36,126 nt of DNA, from positions 1 to 36,126 of IMG/VR virus record IMGVR_UViG_3300033405_000047. One strand, 5' to 3'. The notes beneath the pieces are model-generated. The model made no database searches. It was not told the DNA's origin and saw only the letters and a program-made list of their open reading frames with translations. This DNA is from a virus (taxonomy: Duplodnaviria > Caudoviricetes). Numbering within the stretch: the first letter of the stretch is position 1; each line of letters opens with the position of its first letter. The translations under genes and the position numbers were made by a program. Below are positions 9,413-17,318 of this stretch, piece by piece.

Positions 9413-9560
9413 TCAATCCTGTTTCGGTATATTCGCCTGGTATCGAATCATCCGGCTGAACGGCATCGCGCCGATTTCCTGCGCGCTCCAGTGGGTCCAG
9501 GTGGCGAGGCGGAAGACCATGCTATGGAGACTTGCCCTTAGGCGCTCTATCTCGCCCCCG
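9413..9560 (-). CDS. Frameshift extension of the tail chaperone (G-T type product)
   Basis: CGGGGGCGA at 9552-9560; the shifted frame reads EIERLRASLHSMVFRLATWTHWSAQEIGAMPFSRM to TGA at 9413. Confidence 0.75.
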
Positions 9561-9893
9561 GCCGTCTATCGCCTCCAGGGTCCCGTTCTCCAGAATGATC
9601 GCCTTCTCCTGGAGCAGGTTTAAGTCATGGGCCGTGAGCTTCTTGATCTCGCCCATGGTGAGCGGTCCCGGATGATCGCCGATGTTTACGATCTGCCGGC
9701 GCAGGGTATTGATGCCGAGCATGGTGGAACTGACCAGGAGCTTGTACCCCTCGTCTTCGATAAAGACCGGGCGCTCGCTCTCCTCGGTGGCTTCGATCAT
9801 GTCGCCGGCCGTGGCTTCGCGGATCACCGCCGCCAGGTGCGACGTATCGCCGATCTTTAAACCCTGCTTTAAGGTGACGTTAATGGTTGCCAT
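9522..9893 (-). CDS. Tail assembly chaperone, Mu gp41-like
   Basis: VTLKQGLKIG, IREATAGD and L.RQI..IG motifs; between tube and tape measure. Confidence 0.88.
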   Translation of the reverse strand: MATINVTLKQGLKIGDTSHLAAVIREATAGDMIEATEESERPVFIEDEGYKLLVSSTMLGINTLRRQIVNIGDHPGPLTMGEIKKLTAHDLNLLQEKAIILENGTLEAIDGRGRDRAPKGKSP

Positions 9894-9916
9894 TTGCTTC
9901 TCCTTGCCTGTGGGAC

Positions 9917-9949
9917 AGACCCTAAAGGTTTTTAAAACCTTTAGGGTCT
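9917..9949. repeat. 33-bp palindrome, copy A2
   Basis: agaccctaaaggtttt-t-aaaacctttagggtct. Confidence 0.95.
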
Positions 9950-9956
9950 TATCTTC

Positions 9957-10313
9957 TTACATCTTCTCGCAGCTCATGCCGATGAACTTGACCGGGACCT
10001 TGCCGCCTTCGCCGGCGGTGATCTCGGGGGGAACGGACGACCAGGCGTTTTTCAGCACCCATACCTGGCCGGTATCCGCCTCGTAGGTCACCGTGGCGTT
10101 GGTGACGGCCATGATGTCTTCAAGGCTGGTGTTCACGGTGACGCTGACCACGCAATCGACGAACGGGGCCACTGCCTCTTCGGCATAGCCGTGCACTTGA
10201 TCGCCTACCACCTCCTTGCGGTTGACGCCGCCCAGGTTGAGCTTGGCGCCCTTGTCGGTCAGCATGACGTTGCCATTCCATTTTACGGTTGCCCGTCCTA
10301 CTACTTGTGCCAT
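9957..10313 (-). CDS. Tail tube protein, Mu gpM-like
   Basis: 118 aa; LGG..R..VVGD.VHGY.E motif; follows the sheath. Confidence 0.9.
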   Translation of the reverse strand: MAQVVGRATVKWNGNVMLTDKGAKLNLGGVNRKEVVGDQVHGYAEEAVAPFVDCVVSVTVNTSLEDIMAVTNATVTYEADTGQVWVLKNAWSSVPPEITAGEGGKVPVKFIGMSCEKM

Positions 10314-10333
10314 GTATGGCCTCCTCCTGGATG

Positions 10334-10366
10334 AGACCCTAAAGGTTTTGGAAACCTTTAGGGTCT
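10334..10366. repeat. 33-bp palindrome, copy A3
   Basis: agaccctaaaggttt-tgg-aaacctttagggtct. Confidence 0.95.
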
Positions 10367-10379
10367 TTGAATCGCGTCC

Positions 10380-11849
10380 TTACAGGCGGAACTGCAAGAG
10401 CCCCGCAAACTGGATGAAATTGTTGATCAGGTTGGGTGGAATCAGGGCGTTGACCCGGTTGGAATTATTGGGATCCCGCTCCACCACCAGATCGGCCTTG
10501 AACTGGTCCACATCCTCCACGAGCCCGGCATCTTCCCATTCGCGCGCCAGACAGAGCTGCTCGGCAGTGAGGATGTTGGGGGTGACTATAGGCTGACCCT
10601 CTCCGAACTTGGTGCCGTTGTCCGCCAGCTTGTGACGGGGATACTTGCTGGTGATGCGGTCGATCAGGGAGAATCGCAGGTAGCTGATCAGGGCCGGCGT
10701 GGTGATGTCGAGAAATGCGTCGCTCGCTATGCCGCTGGAGTTGGTCTGGTTCATCGAGATGCCGCGGTCGATCCTGCATGTGCCGCCGCTATCCACGGTG
10801 TAGGTTGTTATCCCGTCGTAGAGCAGTACGTTGCGTTCCGGACCGTCCCAGGCCACACCCATGGCAGGGGGCAACAGACCGGTAAGGGGAAGCGTCTTGA
10901 GCTGCCGGGCCGGGTCGATGGCCAGGGCCGCAGCCGAAACGATGCCGTTGACCGCAGCCCAGATGTACGGTGGATTGGGAACTATATTGGTGCCAATACA
11001 GTCCATCAGGAACGAGTTGCGCGTGGCGCCGTAGGTCCCGGTGGTTGAGTTGGTGCCCCGGAACGCAGTGAAGCCGATGCCGTCGATCTGCCTGGAGGGA
11101 AGCCAGCGGCTGGCCAGTTCGGCCTCCAGGGTGGCCATGGAGGTGGCGTCGCTGTACGGCGTGATGATGGCATGCCACTGCACGCTGGCCATGGCGACGA
11201 TGACCGGCGTGAGGTCCGGATTGGCCGTGCCTCCGCTCATGGGTGTGACGGTGGCGCCGATCCCCGCCGGAAACGCGTCTCCGATCTGGTAGTTGAAACG
11301 GATGTCGATATCGTTGCCGGTCAATCCCTTCCACTTGCAGGTATAGTTGACCTTGGAGGGGTTCGCCCCGTCGACGGCCGCCGTAACCGGCATGGTGCCG
11401 TCCGCCGTCACGGCCGCGACATGGGCCGTGGCAAGCTGGGCCGCCGTCATGGCGCTGGTGACCGCGGCCTGATTCAGTTTGCCGGCGATATAGCAGTTGA
11501 GGGTGCCGGCGGCCGTGGCGGGACCGGTGAAGAGCGTTGATCCGGCCGCGGCCGTTCCGGCGGGATTGTCGGCCAGGGGGACGGCCCAGGTTTCAAGCGT
11601 GGTATCGGCTGCTTTCAATGCGAGGAACATTTCGCACAGCATGGACCCTTGGCTGAACGCCATCTGGGCATCGTTGCCGGTGTTGATCTGACATAGCTGG
11701 TTAACGGCGGCTGTGCCGCCCAAGGACTGCCCGAGCACCAGGACTTTTTGCAGTTGCTGCGGGATGCCCTGATCGGCCATGGAGGGATCCACCTCGATGG
11801 CGACAAAAGGTACCCGCTGTTGGGGGATGTTGTTGAATGAGATGGTCAT
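10380..11849 (-). CDS. Tail sheath protein, Mu gpL-like
   Basis: ISFNNIP...RVP, DPARQL.TL.L, KYPRHKLA and VERD...NRVN motifs. Confidence 0.95.
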   Translation of the reverse strand: MTISFNNIPQQRVPFVAIEVDPSMADQGIPQQLQKVLVLGQSLGGTAAVNQLCQINTGNDAQMAFSQGSMLCEMFLALKAADTTLETWAVPLADNPAGTAAAGSTLFTGPATAAGTLNCYIAGKLNQAAVTSAMTAAQLATAHVAAVTADGTMPVTAAVDGANPSKVNYTCKWKGLTGNDIDIRFNYQIGDAFPAGIGATVTPMSGGTANPDLTPVIVAMASVQWHAIITPYSDATSMATLEAELASRWLPSRQIDGIGFTAFRGTNSTTGTYGATRNSFLMDCIGTNIVPNPPYIWAAVNGIVSAAALAIDPARQLKTLPLTGLLPPAMGVAWDGPERNVLLYDGITTYTVDSGGTCRIDRGISMNQTNSSGIASDAFLDITTPALISYLRFSLIDRITSKYPRHKLADNGTKFGEGQPIVTPNILTAEQLCLAREWEDAGLVEDVDQFKADLVVERDPNNSNRVNALIPPNLINNFIQFAGLLQFRL

Positions 11850-12049
11850 GGCTTGTCACCTCCGGCCGGCTTCTTGTTTGCCGGCTCTGCGGGTGGTGAG
11901 CATTCCACCACGTCTTTATCGGCCTCACGGCGCAGCCAGAAGGCGTTATGGGGCTTTTCCTCTCCGGAGGGCGCGAGCGGGATCCGGGTGGCCGGGTCGC
12001 GAACGATCAGTCCTTCGCGGGCGGGTTTGATGAAGAATGTTTGTGGCAT
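11846..12049 (-). CDS. Mu gp38-like (DUF2635) protein
   Basis: KPA..GL.VRDP...FWLRR..D.DV motif. Confidence 0.88.
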   Translation of the reverse strand: MPQTFFIKPAREGLIVRDPATRIPLAPSGEEKPHNAFWLRREADKDVVECSPPAEPANKKPAGGDKP

Positions 12050-12086
12050 GGTGACTCCTTTTTAATGACGTGAATGGCTAAAACCT

Positions 12087-12157
12087 GTGAATGGTGAATG
12101 GTGAATGGTGAATAAAACCGTTTTTAAGCCATTCACCATTCACGTTTCACTATTCAC
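12087..12157. repeat. Heptamer inverted array, copy B2
   Basis: (gtgaatg)3 gtgaata aaaccg ... cattcac cattcac gtttcac tattcac; an extra unit at 12070. Confidence 0.9.
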
Positions 12158-12161
12158 GCTT

Positions 12162-12722
12162 TTACTGAGGCAGTATGATCTTTGTCTGCGCCTCGTAAAC
12201 GCCGTCCATCGGCTGTATATCCCAATTGCCGTCGAACTCCTCGAATGCATCCAGGATGCTGATGTCGGGGATATCCTCGAACAGGACAGGCAGCGAGAAA
12301 AGGCATGCGTACAGCGATACCCCCTTGGTATCGATGGTGCCGCTGTAAAGGTTTTCCGTGCGCTCGAACTCCATGGTTCCGGTGTCTGGAACCACTAAGC
12401 AGTCGAAGTGCGGTATCACGAGGCTGATGATCTCATAGGCGCCGATCTGTACCGAGTCGCCCCTTCTGCGTGCGGCGGCGCCGCTGGCATGGGCCGTGAC
12501 GGCAAAAAAAGACCACCTGCTGTTTATGCCGACCGTGATGTTCTCCATGTCGATCTTCGGGCCGCCGGTGAAGGCGATGTAGACCGAGGGGGCGCTGATG
12601 ATGAGGCGCTTGAGCATGTCCGCGTCCCAGTCGCCGGGGAGCGAGTCCACGACCTTGAGCCTGGAGCCGAACAGGGCCTTGGTCTGCGCGATCAGGAAAT
12701 CCTCGACATCGATGAGCATCAA
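12162..12722 (-). CDS. Mu gp37-like (DUF1834) tail completion protein
   Basis: V..LPGDWD and RRGD...IGAYEI motifs; synteny. Confidence 0.85.
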   Translation of the reverse strand: MMLIDVEDFLIAQTKALFGSRLKVVDSLPGDWDADMLKRLIISAPSVYIAFTGGPKIDMENITVGINSRWSFFAVTAHASGAAARRRGDSVQIGAYEIISLVIPHFDCLVVPDTGTMEFERTENLYSGTIDTKGVSLYACLFSLPVLFEDIPDISILDAFEEFDGNWDIQPMDGVYEAQTKIILPQ

Positions 12723-13135
12723 AAGTTCCTCAGCCGGTCAGGTGTGAAGATCGGCTCCGGCTTTGACACATGGATTTGCGGCTCCGGAGCCGGGTCGTTG
12801 TCGTGGGCCGGGTTGAGATCCAATTTTCCGGCCTTGACCATTTCCAGTGTTGCCAAGGCCCGTTTGTAGCGGTTTTCGACGAATTCAGGCACCAGATCGC
12901 TGTAGAGGTAGTAGCGGTAGATATCGCACGCCAGCCGCACCAGGTTGGTCGGGACCACATCAAAAGGGAGCACATACATGGGCCGCAGATAAGGGGTGAT
13001 CTCGGCATCCCCATCGATCTGGGCCTGGGTAAAGACTTCGGCGTTGAAGGAGCCGGTCTGCTCACGGTCGGTGAGCTGGATCAGCTCCTCGATGCTGAAG
13101 CGGTCCTGCATGTCCTGTTGGGTGGCGTATGGCAT
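12719..13135 (-). CDS. Mu gp36-like (DUF1320) head-tail connector
   Basis: YAT..D...RF..EELIQLTD and LACDI.RY.LY motifs. Confidence 0.9.
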   Translation of the reverse strand: MPYATQQDMQDRFSIEELIQLTDREQTGSFNAEVFTQAQIDGDAEITPYLRPMYVLPFDVVPTNLVRLACDIYRYYLYSDLVPEFVENRYKRALATLEMVKAGKLDLNPAHDNDPAPEPQIHVSKPEPIFTPDRLRNF

Positions 13136-13148
13136 ATCGTCTCCTTGC

Positions 13149-13181
13149 AGACCCTAAGGGTTTTGAAAACCCTTAGGGTCT
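13149..13181. repeat. 33-bp palindrome, copy A4
   Basis: agaccctaagggtttt-g-aaaacccttagggtct. Confidence 0.95.
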
Positions 13182-13186
13182 TGTCT

Positions 13187-13669
13187 TTATTCCCTCTGAT
13201 GTGACCAGTAGTACGCCGTGGGGCCGGCGGTGCTGGTGTTGGAAAACGGCGTCACTGTAACCGAAGTGTATCCCCGGTTCAGCGCGATATCGAAACAGCC
13301 TCCCGGTTCGATGATCGTACTGGCATTGCTACCGAGCTGGACCCGAATCGGCACGGCGACGCCGCTGCTGTTGGTTACGCATCCGGCGGCGCGCCGGAAC
13401 CATTCGGGGTAGCCGCTTGCTGTCCCGGTATAGTTGTTGAAGGTAAAAATCAACCGGCCCTTGTTGACGCTTGTGGTGCCGGACCGCTGGAATTCGATTA
13501 TCGGAGCCTTGGCGGTATTGTTCTGGACAACAACACCGTCCACGTAAGCCGGCGTGCCAGGGGGCACCGGCGTCGTCGTGGGGATGGCGAGGGCCGAAAT
13601 GGTGCCTGCCGCGACCACGACGGCACTCAGGGCGATTATCCTGATCTTGGTAAGCTTGATTGTTTTCAT
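13187..13669 (-). CDS. Putative exported beta-rich protein in the head module
   Basis: Basic n-region, hydrophobic h-region, ALA cleavage-like site; two Cys; five N-X-S/T sequons; GGAG SD upstream. Confidence 0.8.
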   Translation of the reverse strand: MKTIKLTKIRIIALSAVVVAAGTISALAIPTTTPVPPGTPAYVDGVVVQNNTAKAPIIEFQRSGTTSVNKGRLIFTFNNYTGTASGYPEWFRRAAGCVTNSSGVAVPIRVQLGSNASTIIEPGGCFDIALNRGYTSVTVTPFSNTSTAGPTAYYWSHQRE

Positions 13670-13679
13670 GGCGTCTCCC

Positions 13680-13702
13680 GTAGGGGGCGGCCCGTGCCGC
13701 CC
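13680..13702 (+). repeat. GTAG-headed REP-like hairpin
   Basis: GTAG g gggcggc-ccgt-gccgccc; single copy. Confidence 0.5.
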
Positions 13703-13721
13703 CGGGTTGTGGGGTGTATGG

Positions 13722-14891
13722 TTAATCCTGAGTGAGCAGGACGACGTCCAGGAGGCCGAGGGTGTTCACCACCGGCAGCGGTTTGGATTCGCCGAACAGG
13801 GTGTAGCCGCTGCCGTCCGGGTTGCGGTATGGTTTGATAAAGAGCGGCATGGGTTCCAGGTTGGCGTCCAGGTTGTCCAGTGCGGCATAGGGAAGCCTGT
13901 GACCGGCATCGGTGCAGATCGCCTTGAGCGTGTTCGGGGCGATGATCGGGAGGAAATTGCCGGTCTCGGGATCGGTGTATTCCTCGGCGCGCAGCTCAAC
14001 CTTGATGGTGCCGATCATGATGTAGTTGTCTTCCGCCTTCAGGGAGACGCCCGCCTCGGTCAGCAGCTTTGTCGAGGTCAGCACCTTGGAGACGAGCTGG
14101 AATAGCCGCATGAAGACGTCCTCGCCGGCCCAGAAGAGGATCTGGGAGGTGCCGACGCCAAGGCGTTGGAAGACCTTCCGAATCTCAACGAACATTTTGA
14201 GGATGTCCATCATCAGAATGGTCGGATCGTCCAACATCTTGTAGCTGCCCTGGGGAAGCGACTGGAGGTTGCCGTAATTGATGGTGAAGGTGTCGTAACC
14301 TCCCCCCTCCACGGCAACCGGATATGAAAATTGCCCCTTGAGCGCAGCCGAGCACATGGCCTCGGTGGTGGCCCGGATTGTCCGGCGCAGGATATCGGTT
14401 TTCGTCTGCGCCCACACATCAAGGAGTTCCTTGCTATTGGGACCGCCCTGGAGGAATAGGCGCAGGTTGTTGAGATCGACACCGACAACGTCGACCTTCG
14501 GCTTGATGGGCAGAGGTTCCCAGAACGTGGTGCTCCCGGTGGAACCGACAATGGAGATTGACGGACCTCCACGCTTAGAGAGAGCCATCGCCCTGATGCG
14601 CTGTTGGACGATGTCGGAGCCTACCAGTGGTCCGGGCTGCTGCGGACGGTCCTTGAAAATTGTGTCCATGATCACGGTCGGATAGGCGGGACCAAGGATC
14701 TGGAGATAGCGGATGATCGCTTCACGGGTGAACAGGTTGCGGATCATGACGACGCCGGCGATGCCGATAAACGGAAGATGGCCGGTGGCCGCCATAACGG
14801 GCGTGCCGCCGCAGAATGCAAAGGCCGTGACGGCGAGGAGCAAGAACAGGGCCCAGACGGTGATGGTGGATCGGAGAATGCGGTTCGGCAT
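13722..14891 (-). CDS. Major capsid protein (lambda gpE-like family) with ~48 aa hydrophobic N-terminal leader
   Basis: T.EAMC..AL.G motif and C-terminal ESKPLPV; follows the decoration gene; AAAGGAG SD 6 nt upstream of the ATG at 14891. Confidence 0.85.
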   Translation of the reverse strand: MPNRILRSTITVWALFLLLAVTAFAFCGGTPVMAATGHLPFIGIAGVVMIRNLFTREAIIRYLQILGPAYPTVIMDTIFKDRPQQPGPLVGSDIVQQRIRAMALSKRGGPSISIVGSTGSTTFWEPLPIKPKVDVVGVDLNNLRLFLQGGPNSKELLDVWAQTKTDILRRTIRATTEAMCSAALKGQFSYPVAVEGGGYDTFTINYGNLQSLPQGSYKMLDDPTILMMDILKMFVEIRKVFQRLGVGTSQILFWAGEDVFMRLFQLVSKVLTSTKLLTEAGVSLKAEDNYIMIGTIKVELRAEEYTDPETGNFLPIIAPNTLKAICTDAGHRLPYAALDNLDANLEPMPLFIKPYRNPDGSGYTLFGESKPLPVVNTLGLLDVVLLTQD

Positions 14892-14925
14892 AAAGGACTC
14901 CTTTGTAGGTAAATGATGGTTCGGC

Positions 14926-14958
14926 AGACCCTAAAGGTTTTGAAAACCTTTAGGGTCT
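14926..14958. repeat. 33-bp palindrome, copy A5
   Basis: agaccctaaaggtttt-g-aaaacctttagggtct; abuts the decoration gene stop. Confidence 0.95.
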
Positions 14959-15318
14959 CTAACTTGGGAATATCCCGTGGGACTGGAGCGCAATAATATC
15001 GGCCTGGGTCGGCGCGGTCTGGGCAGTCTTGTCGATTTTCAATACAGGCAGATTGACGCTGCCATGGATGACGATGACGCCCGACGTCTCATACCCGGTA
15101 TCGACAGTGGTGTCCAGGACACCGATATAGGGGTCTCCCTCTTCGGCTTGTACCCAGGTGATGCCATCGCCGCCCCGCTTGAGCACCAGCCCGACCGGAT
15201 AGATGCCGTCGTTAGCGGTGAGCAAACCGGCTACCACTACGGGAGGATGGCCGCCGGTGGAACGGGCGCGTTGTTCGTCGCGGCTGAAAGTTGCAGTTTG
15301 TCCATTGATTGGTGACAT
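14959..15318 (-). CDS. Head decoration protein (lambda gpD-like)
   Basis: 119 aa between scaffold and capsid; G.VL, GVL...VD, HG.V and L..HGIF motifs. Confidence 0.8.
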   Translation of the reverse strand: MSPINGQTATFSRDEQRARSTGGHPPVVVAGLLTANDGIYPVGLVLKRGGDGITWVQAEEGDPYIGVLDTTVDTGYETSGVIVIHGSVNLPVLKIDKTAQTAPTQADIIALQSHGIFPS

Positions 15319-15337
15319 GCTTGGCTCCTTTAAAGGC

Positions 15338-15365
15338 GTGAATGGTGGATAGTGAATGGTGAATT
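15338..15365. repeat. Heptamer array, half copy B3
   Basis: aaaggc gtgaatg gtggata gtgaatg gtgaatt; overlaps the protease stop. Confidence 0.8.
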
Positions 15366-15741
15366 AAACGTATTTGGTGATGTCGGCCGGGATGGCTTTT
15401 GATGTTTTAGCCGGCTCCGTTGTGTCGCTGAAATCGAACTCGCTGAAGTTGATGACCTTGGGCGAGGAACTGAGAAGGGCCTTGATGATTTCGGCCGGGG
15501 TTTGGGTTTTCTTGGCATCCCCCTCGCCAAACTCGATGGTGTCTCCGGTGGTGACGCCCTCGGCAAAGTCGAGCGCGGCTACGGCTGCTAACTTGTTGGT
15601 CGCTAGCAGGCGCCCTTCCTTGACGAGGCCCTCGCAAAACTCCAGGTTGCCGGCGTGCTTCTGGTCGTTGAGCTGGTTCCTCAGTTTTTTCTGGCCTTCG
15701 AGCAGCTCTTTTTCTCTTTTTTCCAACTCTTCTTTGGTCAT
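15364..15741 (-). CDS. Nested in-frame scaffold protein (Mu gpZ-like)
   Basis: Internal ATG (MTKEELEK) preceded by AAAAGGAG at good spacing, as in Mu I/Z. Confidence 0.7.
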   Translation of the reverse strand: MTKEELEKREKELLEGQKKLRNQLNDQKHAGNLEFCEGLVKEGRLLATNKLAAVAALDFAEGVTTGDTIEFGEGDAKKTQTPAEIIKALLSSSPKVINFSEFDFSDTTEPAKTSKAIPADITKYV

Positions 15742-16404
15742 GGCGTCTCCTTTTGTTGGTTCACTGAACTGGGAGGTATGGGAATCATGGGAGTTATAGG
15801 AAATCGTTGTGTCCTCGTTGGTCTCTTCCTTGTCGGGCATGGCTGCCGAGACGGCGAGGTCCGTTACCTGGTAGTCGGGAATGACTGAGTCGGCCTTATC
15901 CTTGCCGAACGTCTCGATGAGGAAGTCGCGGAGGTTGCGGAACAGGCCGGCCACGTTCATATCATCCCAATCGGCGAACTCGATCACCCCTTCCTCGCCC
16001 TCGGCGAAACTGACCGCGCCCAGGCCCTTGCAGCCGGGAGGCACGGCCCCCAGGAAGCCTAAATGGCGGAGGTAGTAGACGCCGGGGACCGGGTTGCTGG
16101 GACTGTCGGGGCTGTACCAGGACGGCGACACCCGGTCCCAGCGGCCGGCGTTGACCGCTTCCGCGAACTGGGGATCGAGTTTTGCCGGTTCACCCTGGTA
16201 CAGGTTATCGGCGAACTCGATGCGCTGGATGGTGCCATACTTTGGATCGTCCAGCTTGGGGTGGCCGATCACCATGGGCGCGGCATGCAGCACCGGGTTG
16301 TAGGCGGCTGCCGAAGCGCGGAGCTGGGCTTCGGTGAAGTTATGCACGTTGCCCTTGGAATCCACGTGCCTGCCGGGTTTGAAGATTTTGATCATCTTTG
16401 CCAT
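15364..16404 (-). CDS. Mu gpI-like prohead protease/scaffold
   Basis: IFKPG.H, AP.VIGHP, RVSPSWY and YLRHLGFLGAVPP motifs; charged C-terminal scaffold. Confidence 0.9.
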   Translation of the reverse strand: MAKMIKIFKPGRHVDSKGNVHNFTEAQLRASAAAYNPVLHAAPMVIGHPKLDDPKYGTIQRIEFADNLYQGEPAKLDPQFAEAVNAGRWDRVSPSWYSPDSPSNPVPGVYYLRHLGFLGAVPPGCKGLGAVSFAEGEEGVIEFADWDDMNVAGLFRNLRDFLIETFGKDKADSVIPDYQVTDLAVSAAMPDKEETNEDTTISYNSHDSHTSQFSEPTKGDAMTKEELEKREKELLEGQKKLRNQLNDQKHAGNLEFCEGLVKEGRLLATNKLAAVAALDFAEGVTTGDTIEFGEGDAKKTQTPAEIIKALLSSSPKVINFSEFDFSDTTEPAKTSKAIPADITKYV

Positions 16405-16464
16405 TCATCCCTCCGTTTCGCTACGGTGCAACCGCACCGTATACCCTCTGTCTTTCCATCACTA

Positions 16465-16480
16465 TTTGAAGCGCTTCAAA
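16465..16480 (-). promoter_or_regulatory. Putative late-activator binding site upstream of the protease operon
   Basis: Palindrome TTTGAAGCGCTTCAAA; a related copy lies upstream of the lysis operon. Confidence 0.55.
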
Positions 16481-16618
16481 TTTTGTTTCATCCTTAAACG
16501 AGAACCGACTTAAAACAGAGTTTAAATCGCCGCGTGTGGGGCGAACGGTATCTTGTTCGACTCCTTGGGCGACCTGAGGGTCTGGTCGGCCTTTGTGGGG
16601 CGTTTTTGGCGCTTTGGG

Positions 16619-16651
16619 AGACCCTAAAGGTTTTTGAAACCTTTAGGGTCT
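16619..16651. repeat. 33-bp palindrome, copy A6
   Basis: agaccctaaaggttt-ttg-aaacctttagggtct. Confidence 0.95.
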
Positions 16652-16662
16652 GATACACGCCT

Positions 16663-17229
16663 TCAAGGGAGCGCCGCACGGTGGTAATAATCCTCGACCC
16701 TAAGCAGGATCTCCCTTTGGTCGTCCGACGATATCCCCAGGTAGGGCCGCGCCGGCATCTCGGTATCGTGGGCGCCGATGGTAGCCTTCATGGCGAAAGA
16801 TGCCTTCGTATTGGCCCGGTGAAATCTGGTGTTTCCGTCCTTTCCCTTCTTGAAATGCAGCACTTGCTCCCGCTCGGGGTGATGCATCGGTCCGCCTTCC
16901 TGGTGGATGCGGCCGTAGATCTTGTTGGTGCCCCACTCGACGCTGGTATTCGTCGCCAGCGGGATAATGCTGTCTTTCAGATGGCTCGACTCGGTCAGGA
17001 TCTTCTTGATCTGCTTCTTGGCCCAGACCGCCGGTGTGTCTTTTTGCCAGGGGATGCCCTCCGGGGATCTCTGGGCGGCGAAACGGTTGTGCGTGCTCCG
17101 GACCAGGTATTCTCCGATCTGCTTCATGAGCGGCAGGGCGCGTTTGTCCGCTGCCATCACCCGCTTGATGGCGTCGATGATCGGTTGGGTGTTGTCGTAA
17201 TAATCGAGGCCTAACGAGGTGCCGGACAT
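16663..17229 (-). CDS. Virion morphogenesis protein, Mu gpG-like
   Basis: RF..Q.SPEG.PW, GTN..Y..IHQ.GG and MPARPYLG motifs. Confidence 0.92.
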   Translation of the reverse strand: MSGTSLGLDYYDNTQPIIDAIKRVMAADKRALPLMKQIGEYLVRSTHNRFAAQRSPEGIPWQKDTPAVWAKKQIKKILTESSHLKDSIIPLATNTSVEWGTNKIYGRIHQEGGPMHHPEREQVLHFKKGKDGNTRFHRANTKASFAMKATIGAHDTEMPARPYLGISSDDQREILLRVEDYYHRAALP

Positions 17230-17243
17230 TGTTTCTCCTTGAG

Positions 17244-17314
17244 GTGAATGGTGAATGGTGAGTTAAAACCGCCTTTAAGCCTTAACCATTCACTATTCAC
17301 GTTTCACCATTCAC
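17244..17314. repeat. Heptamer inverted array, copy B4
   Basis: gtgaatg gtgaatg gtgagtt aaaaccg ... cattcac tattcac gtttcac cattcac. Confidence 0.9.
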
Positions 17315-17318
17315 GCCT

